This document shows, one piece after another, positions 52,645 to 64,000 of a stretch of 64,000 bases of DNA (position 1 is its first letter; every line of letters starts with the position of its first letter). The position numbers were made by a program, and so were the translations under genes. The stretch spans positions 68,510,001 to 68,574,000 of the forward strand of contig NC_091478.1 in NCBI RefSeq assembly GCF_036971445.1, in the 5' to 3' direction. This DNA comes from Narcine bancroftii (taxonomy: Eukaryota). Below the pieces are notes generated by a model. It was not told where the DNA came from, searched no databases, and saw only the letters and a program-made list of their open reading frames with translations.

Positions 52645-52715
52645 ATGTGCGAAGTGGAGGACGATTACCCGGGCGACCGCCTGCAAACGGCGGTGGTCGA
52701 CGCCGCAGCCACGAG
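52645..52715 (+). CDS. ctu2: Cytosolic thiouridylase subunit 2, coding exon 1 (the remaining exons were not found in the window)
   Basis: MCEVEDDY resembles the CTU2 N-terminus (human MCQVGEDY). Phase-2 donor AG|GTGGGA. Head-to-head with rnf166, as in the human locus. The evidence is short, so the call leans on synteny. Confidence 0.8.
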
Positions 52716-53760
52716 GTGGGAGCGCAGGGACCACCCCATTCATTCCTCTGGTTGCTTTGTGTTGTCGAAGCGAGAGTGGGGGTTGACGGCGGCGGGGAGG
52801 CGGTGAGCTGGGGAGGGGAGTGGGTGGCGGGGAGGAAGGGAGGGGCCGACCGGGGAGGGGGCAGTTAATCCCAGTTGGCTTCTGTTGCCTGTAACGCTGG
52901 TGAAAAGATTAAACAAAAGAGCCAACTGACTTCATTATAAATTTCCAGAAAGAAATAACTGAAAAACGCAATGATTTGACAAACTGGCAGAAAAGACGCA
53001 AATAAAAGCTGGGATTTTAACTTGCAGTTAAGAATATGATCTAATAATTACAGTGGCTGTTAATGTATCCAGCTGTGAACCGTCAAAGTTATTGTTCGTG
53101 GTGTAACGAGAACTGTCTTGCTGTTTTAGTTCTTGATCTTGTTTGGATGTTGTGTTCAGTTAAAATCAGGCGAGCGTGGACCTGCAGAGGGATAGCACTG
53201 CCAAATCGAGCAAGTATTAACGAGATATGGTCTTAATCAATATGTAATTGGCTAGAGTTATGAACTGAAATTATTGCCCACCGAACATAAGTAGAATCAT
53301 AGAAGGAGGCGGACCTTTTGTCACCCAAGAGCTCCACACGTACTAATCTCACCTGCCTGGGTTTGACCCATAGCCCTCTAAACTTATCCATAGATCTGAA
53401 AAATGTTTCTTCACCATTGAAAAGTGCCAGCCTCCAGTACTTCTTCCGGCAGCCTGTCTCATACACTCTGTGTCACCACCCACTGTGGGGAAAAACAAGT
53501 TGTCCCTCGGGTTCATATTAAACCTTCCCCCCCCCTCACCTTAAACCTATATCATCTGGTTGCCGATTCCTGACTTTGAGGAAAAGATACTCTGCATTCA
53601 CCCAATCAAATTCCTCTCATGATTTTGAACCCTCATCCTGCTGCACTCTAGACTGCTCAACCTTGTAGCTCAAACCTCCAAATCCTGAAAGCATCCTCAT
53701 GAATCTTCTCCAGTTTGACAGCATCTTGCCAAAAGAGCAGTGACCAAAATTGAACACAAT

Positions 53761-54465
53761 CTTTGGCTTGGCTTCGCGGACGAAGATTTATGGAGGGGGT
53801 AAAAGTCCACGTCAGCTGCAGGCTCGTTTGTGGCTGACAAGTCCGATGCGGGACAGGCAGACACGGTTGCAGCGGCTGCAGGGGAAAATTGGTTGGTTGG
53901 GGTTGGGTGTTGGGTTTTTCCTCCTTTGCCTTTTGTCAGTGAGGTGGGCTCTGCGGTCTTCTTCAAAGGAGGTTGCTGCCCGCCAAACTGAGGCGCCAAG
54001 ATGCATGGTTTGAGGTGATATCAGCCCACTGGCGGTGGTCAATGTGGCAGGCACCAAGAGATTTCTTTAGGCAGTCCTTGTACCTTTTCTTTGGTGCACC
54101 TCTGTCACGGTGGCCAGTGGAGAGCTCGTCATATAACACGATCATGGGAAGGCGATGGTCCTCCATTCTGGAGACGTGACCCACCCAGCACAGCTGGATC
54201 TTCAGCAGCGTGGACTCGATGCTGTCGACCTCTGCCATCTCGAGTACTTCGACGTTAGGGATGAAAGCGCTCCAATGGATGTTGAGGATGGAGCGGAGAC
54301 AACGCTGGTGGAAGCGTTCTAGGAGCCGTAGGTGATGCCGGTAGAGGACCCATGATTCGGAGCCGAACAGGAGTGTGGGTATGACAACGGCTCTGTATAC
54401 GCTCATCTTTGTGAGGTTTTTCAGTTGGTTGTTTTTTCAGACTCTTGTGTAGTCTTCCAAAGGCG
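53761..54465 (-). mobile_element. RTE-clade LINE 3' fragment nested in a CR1 remnant (~53290-53760, resuming at ~54466)
   Basis: VYRAVVIPTLLFGSESW...LERFHQRCLRSILNIHW; nearly identical to the other two RTE copies, with one frameshift near 53990. Confidence 0.92.
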
Positions 54466-55069
54466 GGGCCTCACCAATATCTTATGCAATTGCAACCTGA
54501 ATAATGAGAGTTCACTGTTATATGCGAAAGTTCAATGTGCTGATGCCCCAAAATTCACATTTGCTGTAGCCATACGTAGCAAAGGCATCTAATTTCACTT
54601 CAGAGAAGATGTAAATAAAATGAATGTCATTAAAGCAGAAGGAAATGGTCAAATTATAGTGAATACTTCCATATCATTCACATAATTAAAAGGAAAATTC
54701 AGGAGAAAAGAGAACTAAAATTGGACAGATTCCCTGTACCTGATGGCCCTCAAACAATGATTTAGAAAGAGTTGGTTGCTTTGTTTTCTTCCAGTCATCT
54801 GGAATATCCCAACAGAAGCGAGAGAAAGAAGGGAAATAACAGTCTGTGGTCTACATTTGGCAGCATGCTGAAATCCATTATTAAGACCTATAGAAATAGT
54901 ATGATAAAATCATTCGATGAAGGGAAAATTATATTTAACAAGGTTAAAGTTCTTTTGAGGAGGAATAGTATATGACCCCAGCTCCTTTTTATATTAATGA
55001 GGACTGTGTGTTAAGGGTTATGACTTTCAAGTTTCTGGGAACATATTTGCCTGAGGATCTATCTTGAAC

Positions 55070-55600
55070 TATTAATACCATCACTATAGTCAAGAAGACA
55101 CATCAATGTCTCCGTTTCCTGATAATCCTTAGGAAAATTAATCTACAGAAGTTATTGATGTCCTTCTATCGCTGCTCTTTTGTAAGTGTTCTGACTTATT
55201 GCATTCTAGTATGGTTTACCAGCTGTACAGCAGCTGATAAGAGGGATCTTCAGAAGATCATGGCATTTTCCTTGTCCCCTTTGGAGGATTTATTTCAATC
55301 TCGCTATATTGGGAAGGCAGCTAATATTAAGCCTTCTACTCACCCGGGCTATCATCTGTTTGACCTATTCCCCTCAGGTAGACGATATAGGTCCATTAAA
55401 TGAAGGACAAACAGACTCAACAACCATTCGAGAATCTCAGAGCCATTCGAGAATTAAACTGCCATTTAATGTATTTGTATTGTTGTAATGTTGCTTTTTT
55501 TCTCTTTTTACTGTTTTCATATGTTCTTGTATGTTGTTTGGTACCACAGTTGCACTTTTTAATTTTGTTGTGTTTTTTTATGCAACGACAATAAAGTACT
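55070..55600 (+). mobile_element. Rex/Babar-like LINE fragment
   Basis: FYRC..SVLTYCILVWF..CTAADKRDLQ...HPGYHLFDLFPSGRRYRSIK. Confidence 0.8.
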
Positions 55601-55814
55601 TACTTAACAAGCATGGAATTTAAAAGGGAGTAAGTAAATATAATGAAATAAACACAGAACATTCTGGCAACATTCAACAGGTTAGGCAGCATCTGGAAAG
55701 AGAAACAGGTAATGTCTCAATTATTCCTCTTTTCACAGAGGTTGCATAACATGAGTATTTCCAGCATTTTCTGTAATTTCAGATTTACATCTGCAATTTT
55801 TAATTACATTTCAG

Positions 55815-56300
55815 AATCAGAATTTATTGTTATGAACATGCCATGAAATTTGTTGTTTTGTGGTGCTATAAACCACCTCACAAAATAAATAAGTACAAGA
55901 AAAAGTCAAAGTAAGGCAGTGGTTCATTATTCATTCAGGAAGCTGACCTTATACTGCTGAGTGCTCATCTTCAGGCTTCTGTACCTTTTTCCTGATGGTA
56001 GCAGAGTGAAGAGGGCTTGACTTGGTTGGTGGGGGTCCTTGAGGATGAAGGTTGCATTCTCAAGACAACACCTCTTGTAGATGTCATTGATGGAATGAAA
56101 ACTAGGCTCGTGATGTTGCAGGCCAGGTTTAACAACCCTCTGGAGTTATTTCCTGTCCTGAGCATTGGCACCTCCAAAGATGCAACCAGCCAGAATGCTG
56201 TCTGCGGTACACCTGTAGAAGTTTTTGAGAGTTTTGGAGACCTATCGAACCTCCTCAAACTCCTCACAAGGTATAGTCGCTGGCAAGCCTTCTTCATGTA
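55815..56300 (-). mobile_element. Rex/Babar-like LINE 3' fragment
   Basis: KKACQRLYLVRSLRRF... with a tail containing acaataaattctgattctga. Confidence 0.8.
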
Positions 56301-57540
56301 TAATGGATATAGTATATCTGGATTTCAAGTTGCCATTTAATAAGATACTGCACCAAAGTTTAAGTTGTCAGAAAATTACTGACAATGGGGTATTTCAGGA
56401 TTGAGTACTGTGTCATCAATAATTTAAGTTAAAAACCAATGTGTAACAAAGTTTTCAGCTTATTGGTGGGAATTTAAGCTGCCAAGAGGATGGAAGAATT
56501 TTACAGAGAGACCTAGGTAGGTTATCCAAGAGGATATGGTGCGGATGATGACTGACTGGGGCAGTGACTCTGACCTACAGGGGTTGGGTCAGAGGCTGGA
56601 TATTCTACAAGAAATGACACTCTATTTTTGCAATCTACAAGGTACAAGTCTTTAGAATGATGAACACTATCTCCTTGGCAAAATGTCAAGTTCCAACAAA
56701 ACCATCAAGGCATCCCATCTGCCACCCTAAAGATTCACTTTCTCCACTATTGAGGCAGTATGGCCAATTGAATAGGCACAAGAGTACACTATATGTTCCT
56801 TTGAGCCTTATTTGTCACTTAATATACTAATCTTGTCTTGAGCCTCACATTTCTGGCTATTCTTCATAACTATTGCCTCCCATAGAGAAAATCTATTAAT
56901 TAAATTATTTAGACTCTACAGTCTTAAGGAATCCCAAAGCTTAATTATTCTCCTAAATGAAGAAACTCAGCCAACACCTTGTATACTGTCTTGGCAATCT
57001 AGCTTCTAACCATGCGGCATTAACGTTAACCTCCAATTTCTATTAACCCCATTCCTACTTGTCTCTCTTTTTCTCTATGCCTCTATCTCTTATCATCCAG
57101 CTCCCCATCTCTTCCTTATCAGAGAGCTACCCATGGCCCTCTCCCTCTATTATTTCTCAGTTTTTTTTTTCTCTTCCACACTTCCACCAGAATCTACCTA
57201 TTGCCTCTTGCCTGTCAGCCTGTGCTCCTCTCCTTGCCCCTTCCTTTCTCCTCTCTCCCCTATTCGGGAACTACCTGTCTGCCTGATTTTGCTTGTACCT
57301 TTTGAAGATCACAGGCCCAAAACGTTGGTTACTCTTTCCTTCCTATGGATGCTGCGTAGCCAGCTGAACTTTTCCAGCACACTTATATATTGCACTTGAC
57401 CCCAGCATCTGCAGACTTTCTAGTTTAACTTCTGTACCTTCATCCATTTTACTCCCTTCTTGTCTGAAAATTGTATATCCTGGGATGTTGAACTTCCAAG
57501 CCTGTCCATCCTTCAACTATGTCTCACTGATGGTGACAAT

Positions 57541-58505
57541 TGTGACAGAATATAGATATATTTTTAGGAGGTAAATTGGGGCAAGTTTTCAGTATGGGTC
57601 ACATACAAACACTTAAAAACAGATCTTATTTAAAATACTGGAACTCTGTTGGGGCCAACAGTCTTTTCAAAGGCTTTGGAGAGTGTCCAAGAGACTTCAC
57701 AAAAAGGCAACAGATAAAGAGTTTGTCAGAGCTGCATTCTGTCTGGAGTGGAACTTGCTGTTTTAGGATGGTCATTTGGTCTTGAAGCAGAGAGAGTAAA
57801 ACAGGCTTTCTCTCAGAGAGAGACAGATCAGTTTTAGAGTCAGCAGCAGCAACAACTGGAACAGGACAAGCTGGTAAGCTTGTGGAAAACCCCATTTGGA
57901 AGATGGGTTGTGAGTGCTTAGTTCAGCCTGGTCAAAGCCCTTGTGGTTCATGCAAGAGGAGATGACTGGCTGTCGAATGTTTAACTTGAAATAAGAGAAA
58001 CAAAAAGGCACTCTGTGGTGACCTGAAAGAAAGAGGTTATCACCTGAAGAACCCTGAGGGGGCAAGTTTTGTCAGTAAGACACTGAAGTGGCTGATTAAA
58101 AAGAAATCACTTGTGGTTGTCCTGGAACAAAAAATTTCCCTCTGAAAACCAACAAGAACCTTCCTGAGTGGTAACCATTTACCTTTCAAGCACCAAAGCC
58201 TGGTGAACTTTATAAATGTTAAATTCTGTGCACAGTATAAGAATTGTCTGCAACCAGTAAACTTGGTGGAATGAAAAGTGAGATTGAACTGTAAATCAAA
58301 GAACTTTTCTGAACTTGCACTACATACACATGAGCTTAGAATTCAAAGGGGGTGAAGATAGGTGAGTTACGTCAATAGTGATAAGTTAAAGTGTGATTCT
58401 GTTTTCATGTTTAAAGATAATTAAAAGCAACTTTTGTTGAAGTAACCATTTGTCTTGGTGAATATCTATTGCTGCTGGGTTTTGGGGTCCTCTGGGCTCA
58501 TAACA
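57541..58505 (+). mobile_element. Solo LTR (965 bp), 4-bp TSD
   Basis: TGTGAC...ATAACA termini (TG...CA) with a perfect TSD CAAT at 57537-57540 and 58506-58509. ATTAAA near 58420. Confidence 0.85.
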
Positions 58506-59760
58506 CAATGCATAGATTTTTGTGTTAAACTTAAAACTTTGAGTGTATCTACTTTGCTAGTTATGTCCTTGCATGAAAATGGATTCAAGTTTACTTTGAG
58601 TTCCCTTGATGCGTACTTGTTTGTTTTTCTACTGGAGAATAATTATTTCTCCTCTAGATAATGTCGCTATCTTGATCCTCTTTTCCTCATTTAAACCTTC
58701 CACTGAAGATGTTAGTTCCAATGATCCAGGAATCTAAAGCCTATCCTCCTGCACCATCCTTTCAGCCACACATTTATCTGACCTATCTTTCTATTCCTTT
58801 ACTCAATAGTTTGTGGCTCCGGAAGAAATCTGGAGAGTGCAACCTTCTGACATCTGATTCTTTAAATGGTTACCTAGCTCCTTAAATTCATGAAAAATGT
58901 TCATCCCTTCTACCTATGCCATTTATGATGTCCTTCAGTTGCTCTGAGACATCCTTGACCCAACCATTTGGGAGGCACCTTACCAATCTGGCATTTCCTT
59001 CCAATCTCTGTTTTTAATCAGTGACCATTTTTTTTCTGAAACGCCTTCCTCATGCTAGATCACACCACAAGGAGAAATATCCTCTCAGCTTCTTAACTTG
59101 CTTCCCTTTGCACCATTGGCACATTTGGCTGCATTACATAGTTCTGTCATCCAATTTATTAATATGGATTAAATAATTGTAAATGTAGTGAATTTTGAAA
59201 TACATCAACCTATGCATCCACAATCTCTTGAATCTCTAGTCATTGAATTATTGTCTAGTTTCCTGGTAGGTTTTTCTTTCAAATCCTTCCCTCCTTATAG
59301 CCTCTGTATTTTTTATTATTATTGGGATTATTTACCATGAACATAAATACAAAATAATTGCTGAATGTCTTGGTTGTTTCCTTATTTCCAATTAATACTG
59401 TCCCAGTCGTCTCTACTCTCCTTTAAATCCCACATAATTTGTGGACACTCCCTTTCTTGTTATCTTATTCTTTTTAAAAATTTGTTTAGGCTTTAATTCT
59501 AAATGTTCAAGATGTTTCATGATCTTACCTACTGATCTTTGCCTTTTCTTTACCTTTTTTAATTTGTTACCAGTCATGGATAACATACTTGGTCGCAGAT
59601 GATTCCACTTTTATAATATTTCTTGATAGAATACATCTTTGAGCATTATAACATTCCATGAAGTGACTGTAATAGATCTAATGTGTGCAAATGGACAGTA
59701 TTTGCTTGGCTAAGATATCTTAACTGTATCTCATAAGCCCCAGACTAATTACTAAGCATG

Positions 59761-60005
59761 GGGTGGCGCAGTTAGTGTAGCGGTTAGCGCAATGCTGTTT
59801 CGCTGTCAGTGATCGGGACCAGGATTCGAATCCTGCACTGTCGTGCATTCGCCCCAAGGCTGTGTGGGTTTACCCTGAGGGCTCCGGTTTTCTCCCACCG
59901 TTCAAATAATGTACCATGGGGATGTTGGTCAATTGAGTGTAATTGGGCGCCATGGGTTTGTGGGCCAAAAGGACCTCTTACCATGCTGTATGTCTAAATT
60001 TAAAT
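59761..60005 (+). mobile_element. V-SINE
   Basis: TAGCGGTTAG A box, GATTCGAATCC B box, V-domain remnant and family tail. Confidence 0.8.
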
Positions 60006-60349
60006 TTTAAAGGCAGCAGATGTAAAGGTTGGATCCCCTCCGTGGTACACAACATTTAATATTCCTTCATCAATCCACTTAAATCTTGGAAGTCCTTCCC
60101 CATCTCAGTGAATGTGCCTTCACATGAACGACTTCAGAGCTGGCTCATTGCCATCTTCTTAAAAGTAATTAGCAATGGGAATAAATGCTGGTGTTAGCAG
60201 TACTTCCCACATCACAAAAAAAGGTGATGTGCAGATTGGGTAAGCATGAGGTTGTGTATTTTGGTAGGAAGAATGAAAATGCATTTTTAAAAATATTGGT
60301 GGATTTTGCTTCAAGAGATGCAGGAAATAAACATGCAACACAACAAGCA

Positions 60350-61000
60350 ATTTGTCACACTTCCTCCCTCACCACAGTCTGGGACCACAAACAGGCCTTC
60401 CAAGTGAAGCCACACTTCCCTATGTATCCGCAGGATTGATTTACTACATCCGCTGCTCCTTTTGTGTCATTCTTTACGTTGGAGAGACTGGGAGATTGCT
60501 TCACTGAGCTCCTTCGCTCTGTCCACACAAATGACAGGGACCTCCCAATGGCCGACCATTTCAGTGCTGCATCACACTTCTATACTTGCATGTCCACTCA
60601 TGGCCTCATGTACTATCCTACCAAGACCACCCATAAATTGGAGGAACAACATCTGATTTTCCATCTCAGCATTCTCCAGGCAGATTGCATTAACATTGAC
60701 TATTCTGGTTTCTGCTAACCTTGTCAGCTCTCCACCCCCTTCCCTCTCCATTCACCCAGCCATCCCTCCTCCCATTGCTTGCTGCTGTGCTCTCCCTTCC
60801 TTCTCCATCTATTACTTCCTGCCTTTGCGACCACACCTCCACCATCCTTTTATTTGGACACCTGCTGACATTTTTCCATACCTTGAAGGTCTCAAGCCTG
60901 AAATGTAGGTGAAGTATTTTTAATCTTTACTTTATAAAGGACACTGTTTACCTGCTGAGTTTCTCCAGAATTGTGTTTCTACTTCAACCACAGGGTCTGT
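60350..61000 (+). mobile_element. Penelope-like element fragment (GIY-YIG endonuclease remnant)
   Basis: RLGDCFTELLRSV...DLPMADHF...KLEEQHLIFHL..LQ...INIDYS matches the C-terminal half of the PLE GIY-YIG domain. Confidence 0.75.
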
Positions 61001-61094
61001 AGACTTCCATGTTTTACTTCTTACAAGCTCCAAAATCTTGGCATCTGCACCACCTTTACAACTAGATCCTTGACTTCTTCGTCAGAAGACCACA

Positions 61095-61990
61095 GTACGA
61101 ATTGGAAACAACATCTCCTCCTCACTGACAATCAATACAGATGCCCCTCAAGGATGTGTGCTTAGTCCACCACTCTACTCGCTCTACCCACAAGGCTGTG
61201 TGCCTAGGTACGCTTCAAATGTCGTCTACAAATTTACTGATGACACCATAGTTGTCGACAGAATAACAATCGGCAATGAGAAAGCATACAGGAGGGAAAT
61301 AGATCAGCTAGTTGAGTGGTGCTACTGCAACACCTTGCACTCAATGTTATCAAAACCAAGGAGATAACTGTGAACTTCAGGAAGGGGAAATTAAGAGAAC
61401 ATCGACGGGTCAGCAGTGGAAAGGGTTAAGAACTTTAAGTTCCCGTGTGTCAATATCTCTGAGGATCTGTCCTGGATGAAGGCTGGCCAATGGCTGTACT
61501 TTGTGAGGTTTGAAATTTGATACATCACTTGCATATTTCTACAGGTGTACTGTGGAGAGCATTCTGATTGGTTGTATCACTGTCTGGTGTGGAGGTGCCA
61601 ATGCACAGGACAAGAATAAAATGGTTGTGAACTTGGCCAGCGCCATCACAGGCATCCGTCTTCATTCCATCGCGGACATCTACAAGAAGCGGTGTCTTAA
61701 GAAAGTAGCCTCTATCCTCCAGGACCCCCACCACCTGGGCCATGCCCTCTTCACACTGCTAGCATCGGGAAGATGATATAGGAGCCTGAAGATGAACACC
61801 CAGTGGCACAAGGACAGCTCTGCCATCAGATTTCTGAATGGACAATGAACCACAAACACTACCTCACTTTCTTTTATGTTCATACTAATTGAATTATTTT
61901 TTTAAATAATTTTTTGGGAATATTTGCACTATATGATGCTGCAGTCAAACAGCAAATTTCATGTCACGACAATTAATTTTGATTCTGATG
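61095..61990 (+). mobile_element. Rex/Babar-like LINE RT fragment
   Basis: PQGCVLSPPLYSLY, KFTDDTIVV, YRREIDQLVEWC and FYRCTVESILIGCITVW motifs. Confidence 0.85.
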
Positions 61991-61999
61991 GAGGCAGAG

Positions 62000-63470
62000 C
62001 TGTGGAAAGTTAGATCTCATGGAGTCCAAGGTGAGCTGTCTAAATGGATTCAAAACCGGCTTGGAGGAAGGAGTCAGAAGGGTGGCTTTTCACACTGGAG
62101 GCCTGCTGCGGTGTTGTATACTGGATTCACTGTTGTTTGTTATCTACATTATATTAAGATTTAGATGACAATGTCGTTAATATGGTTTGCAAAGGACACC
62201 AAAATTTGTGGTATTGTGGGCAGTGAAGAATGTTATCTATGATCATAACAATATTTAGAAGAACTGAGTAAATAAGCTGAGGAATGGCAGTTAAAATTTA
62301 ATGGACAACTGTGAGGTATTGCATTTTGGTAAGTTAAACTAGGTCAGGACATGCATAGTACGTAGTTGGGCCCTGGAGAATATTGTAGAATAGAGACTTG
62401 GATTCCAGGTACATAATTATCGAAAATGGCAACACAGTTTAGACGGGGTGGTGAAGAAAGCATTTTGCATGCTTTCATTGGCCATAGCTTGGTGAGCAAG
62501 AATTGGGAGTATTGTGTGCATTTTTATTAAACTGCTTTAGAAAACATGTAATTAAACTGGAAAAGGTGCAGAAAAGATTCACAAAGATGTGAATGGTGAT
62601 GCAGTAAATTGGGCAGGACATTGATCAGGCCAAATGTGGAGAATTGTGTGCAGTTTTCATCACCTAACATGAGAAAGAATATCAATGAGATTGAAAGAGA
62701 AGATTCACTAGGATGTTGCTTGGATTTTAGAAACTGAGTTACAGGAAAAGGTTAAACAGACTAGGACTTTATTCCCTGGAATGTAGAAGAATGAGGGGAG
62801 ATTTGATAGAGGTATGCAAAATTTTGATGGGTATAGACCTTATATTGCAAGCAGACATTTTCCATTGAGGTTAGGTGAGATAAAAACAAGAGGTTAAGGG
62901 TTAAAGGGAAGTTAGAATGAACTGTCAGCTGAATAGGTAAATGCAGTTTCAATTTTTACATTTAAGAAGAATTTGGACAGGTATATGGATAGAAGGGGTA
63001 TGGAGGGATGTGGACTAGGCAGAAAAATGGTTTGGCGAAGAGTCGAAGGGCCTTTTTCTTTACTGCAGTGTTCTGTAGTTCTATGTTACCAAACTGGGAG
63101 GCTTGAATTACAAGGAAAGGCTGGCTAGGCTATGATCATTTACAATGGAATGTAAAAGGCAAAGGGTGATCATGTAAATCTTGAGAGGCACAGGTAAGGT
63201 CAATGGTCATGGTCATTTTCCCAAGGTAGGGAAATCTAAAACTAAAAGGCATATGGTTAATGTGAGAGAGGACTTGAGAGGTAACTTTTTCACATGCAAG
63301 TTTGTATATATACCAAACAAGCTGTAGAGGTGCATAAGATTACAACATTTAAAACACATTAAATCAGATATATGGATTGGAGAGGGATATTTGCCAAATG
63401 CAGGCAAATGGGAGTAACTAGGATGAATATTTTGATGAACATGGATGAGTTGGACCAAAGGGTCTATGTC
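62000..63470 (+). mobile_element. Several stacked CR1 LINE fragments
   Basis: LWKVRSHGVQGELSKWIQN, LEKVQKRFT and RMRGDLIEV motifs repeated in tandem fragments. Confidence 0.8.
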
Positions 63471-64000
63471 TTTGCTGAAGGGAAAACATTCTGATGATGT
63501 AACTTTTCCTTGGTAATTGCACCAGATTGTTTATGTTGATGATGCACTTTAACTCTTGAGAGCATAAATCCTCATCCTTCTTGACATATAGGAGCTGGAT
63601 TTTGGCCTCTCAAACTGGTGCATCAATTAGCTTTGTTAATTTGCAGATAATTTATTTGACTTTATTTTGTTCTATTTCCTTGTCCTAACAACAAAAATCT
63701 TATCAATCTTGGTCAAGGGTTTTTCACTTAATTGATTATCATTAGCTTTTTGGAGAAATGATTTTCAGATTTTAGCTGGTCTTTGTATGGAAAAGATCTA
63801 AGCCAAAGTTTGTGGTTGAGCACATTGATAATGTGAGTTTTAAAGTCATAGCAAAACTAGAGTAGCAGAGAACATTCCATTGTATGTTTTGATGATTCAC
63901 CAAGGCTAAAGCTGATTGTGGAGAATAACAACTCTATTTTTGGCAAAGACAGCAAGACTATTAACCATTGTGTAAGGAACATGACCCATTATAACGAATC

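Larger units (their letters stand above)
51780..52870. promoter_or_regulatory. CpG island / bidirectional promoter shared by rnf166 and ctu2
   Basis: Dense CpGs against a CpG-depleted background. Divergent ATGs at 52254 (minus) and 52645 (plus), 390 bp apart. CRE-like TGACATCA (~52343) and TGCGTCA (~52583). Confidence 0.85.

Noticed and set aside
52716-64000. Further ctu2 exons (KCxKCK...RAGDxFC)
   Set aside because: Not found by eye. The region is almost entirely repeats, so exon 2 probably lies beyond the window.

Overview
Vertebrate nuclear DNA, repeat-rich and AT-rich. The repeat content (V-SINEs, CR1, Rex/Babar, RTE, L1-clade, Penelope) suggests a cartilaginous fish; this is an inference. 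The window holds the conserved SNAI3-RNF166-CTU2 gene block. snai3 is complete (minus strand, 3 coding exons, 298 aa). rnf166 is complete (minus strand, 6 coding exons, 233 aa, ~25.9-kb first intron). The first coding exon of ctu2 (plus strand) lies head-to-head with rnf166 across a CpG island. All exons were assembled by hand with GT-AG boundaries and consistent phases. Most other ORFs in the track are degraded retroelement fragments or noise. There is a 271-N assembly gap at 46194-46464. I found no convincing novel multi-gene system. The most notable observations are a 5'-inverted (twin-priming-type) RTE insertion, a chimeric RTE insertion with a structured 5' segment, a nested hAT/MITE/minisatellite composite, a tRNA-Thr-headed SINE inside an intronic duplication, and candidate muscle-type regulatory motifs at snai3.
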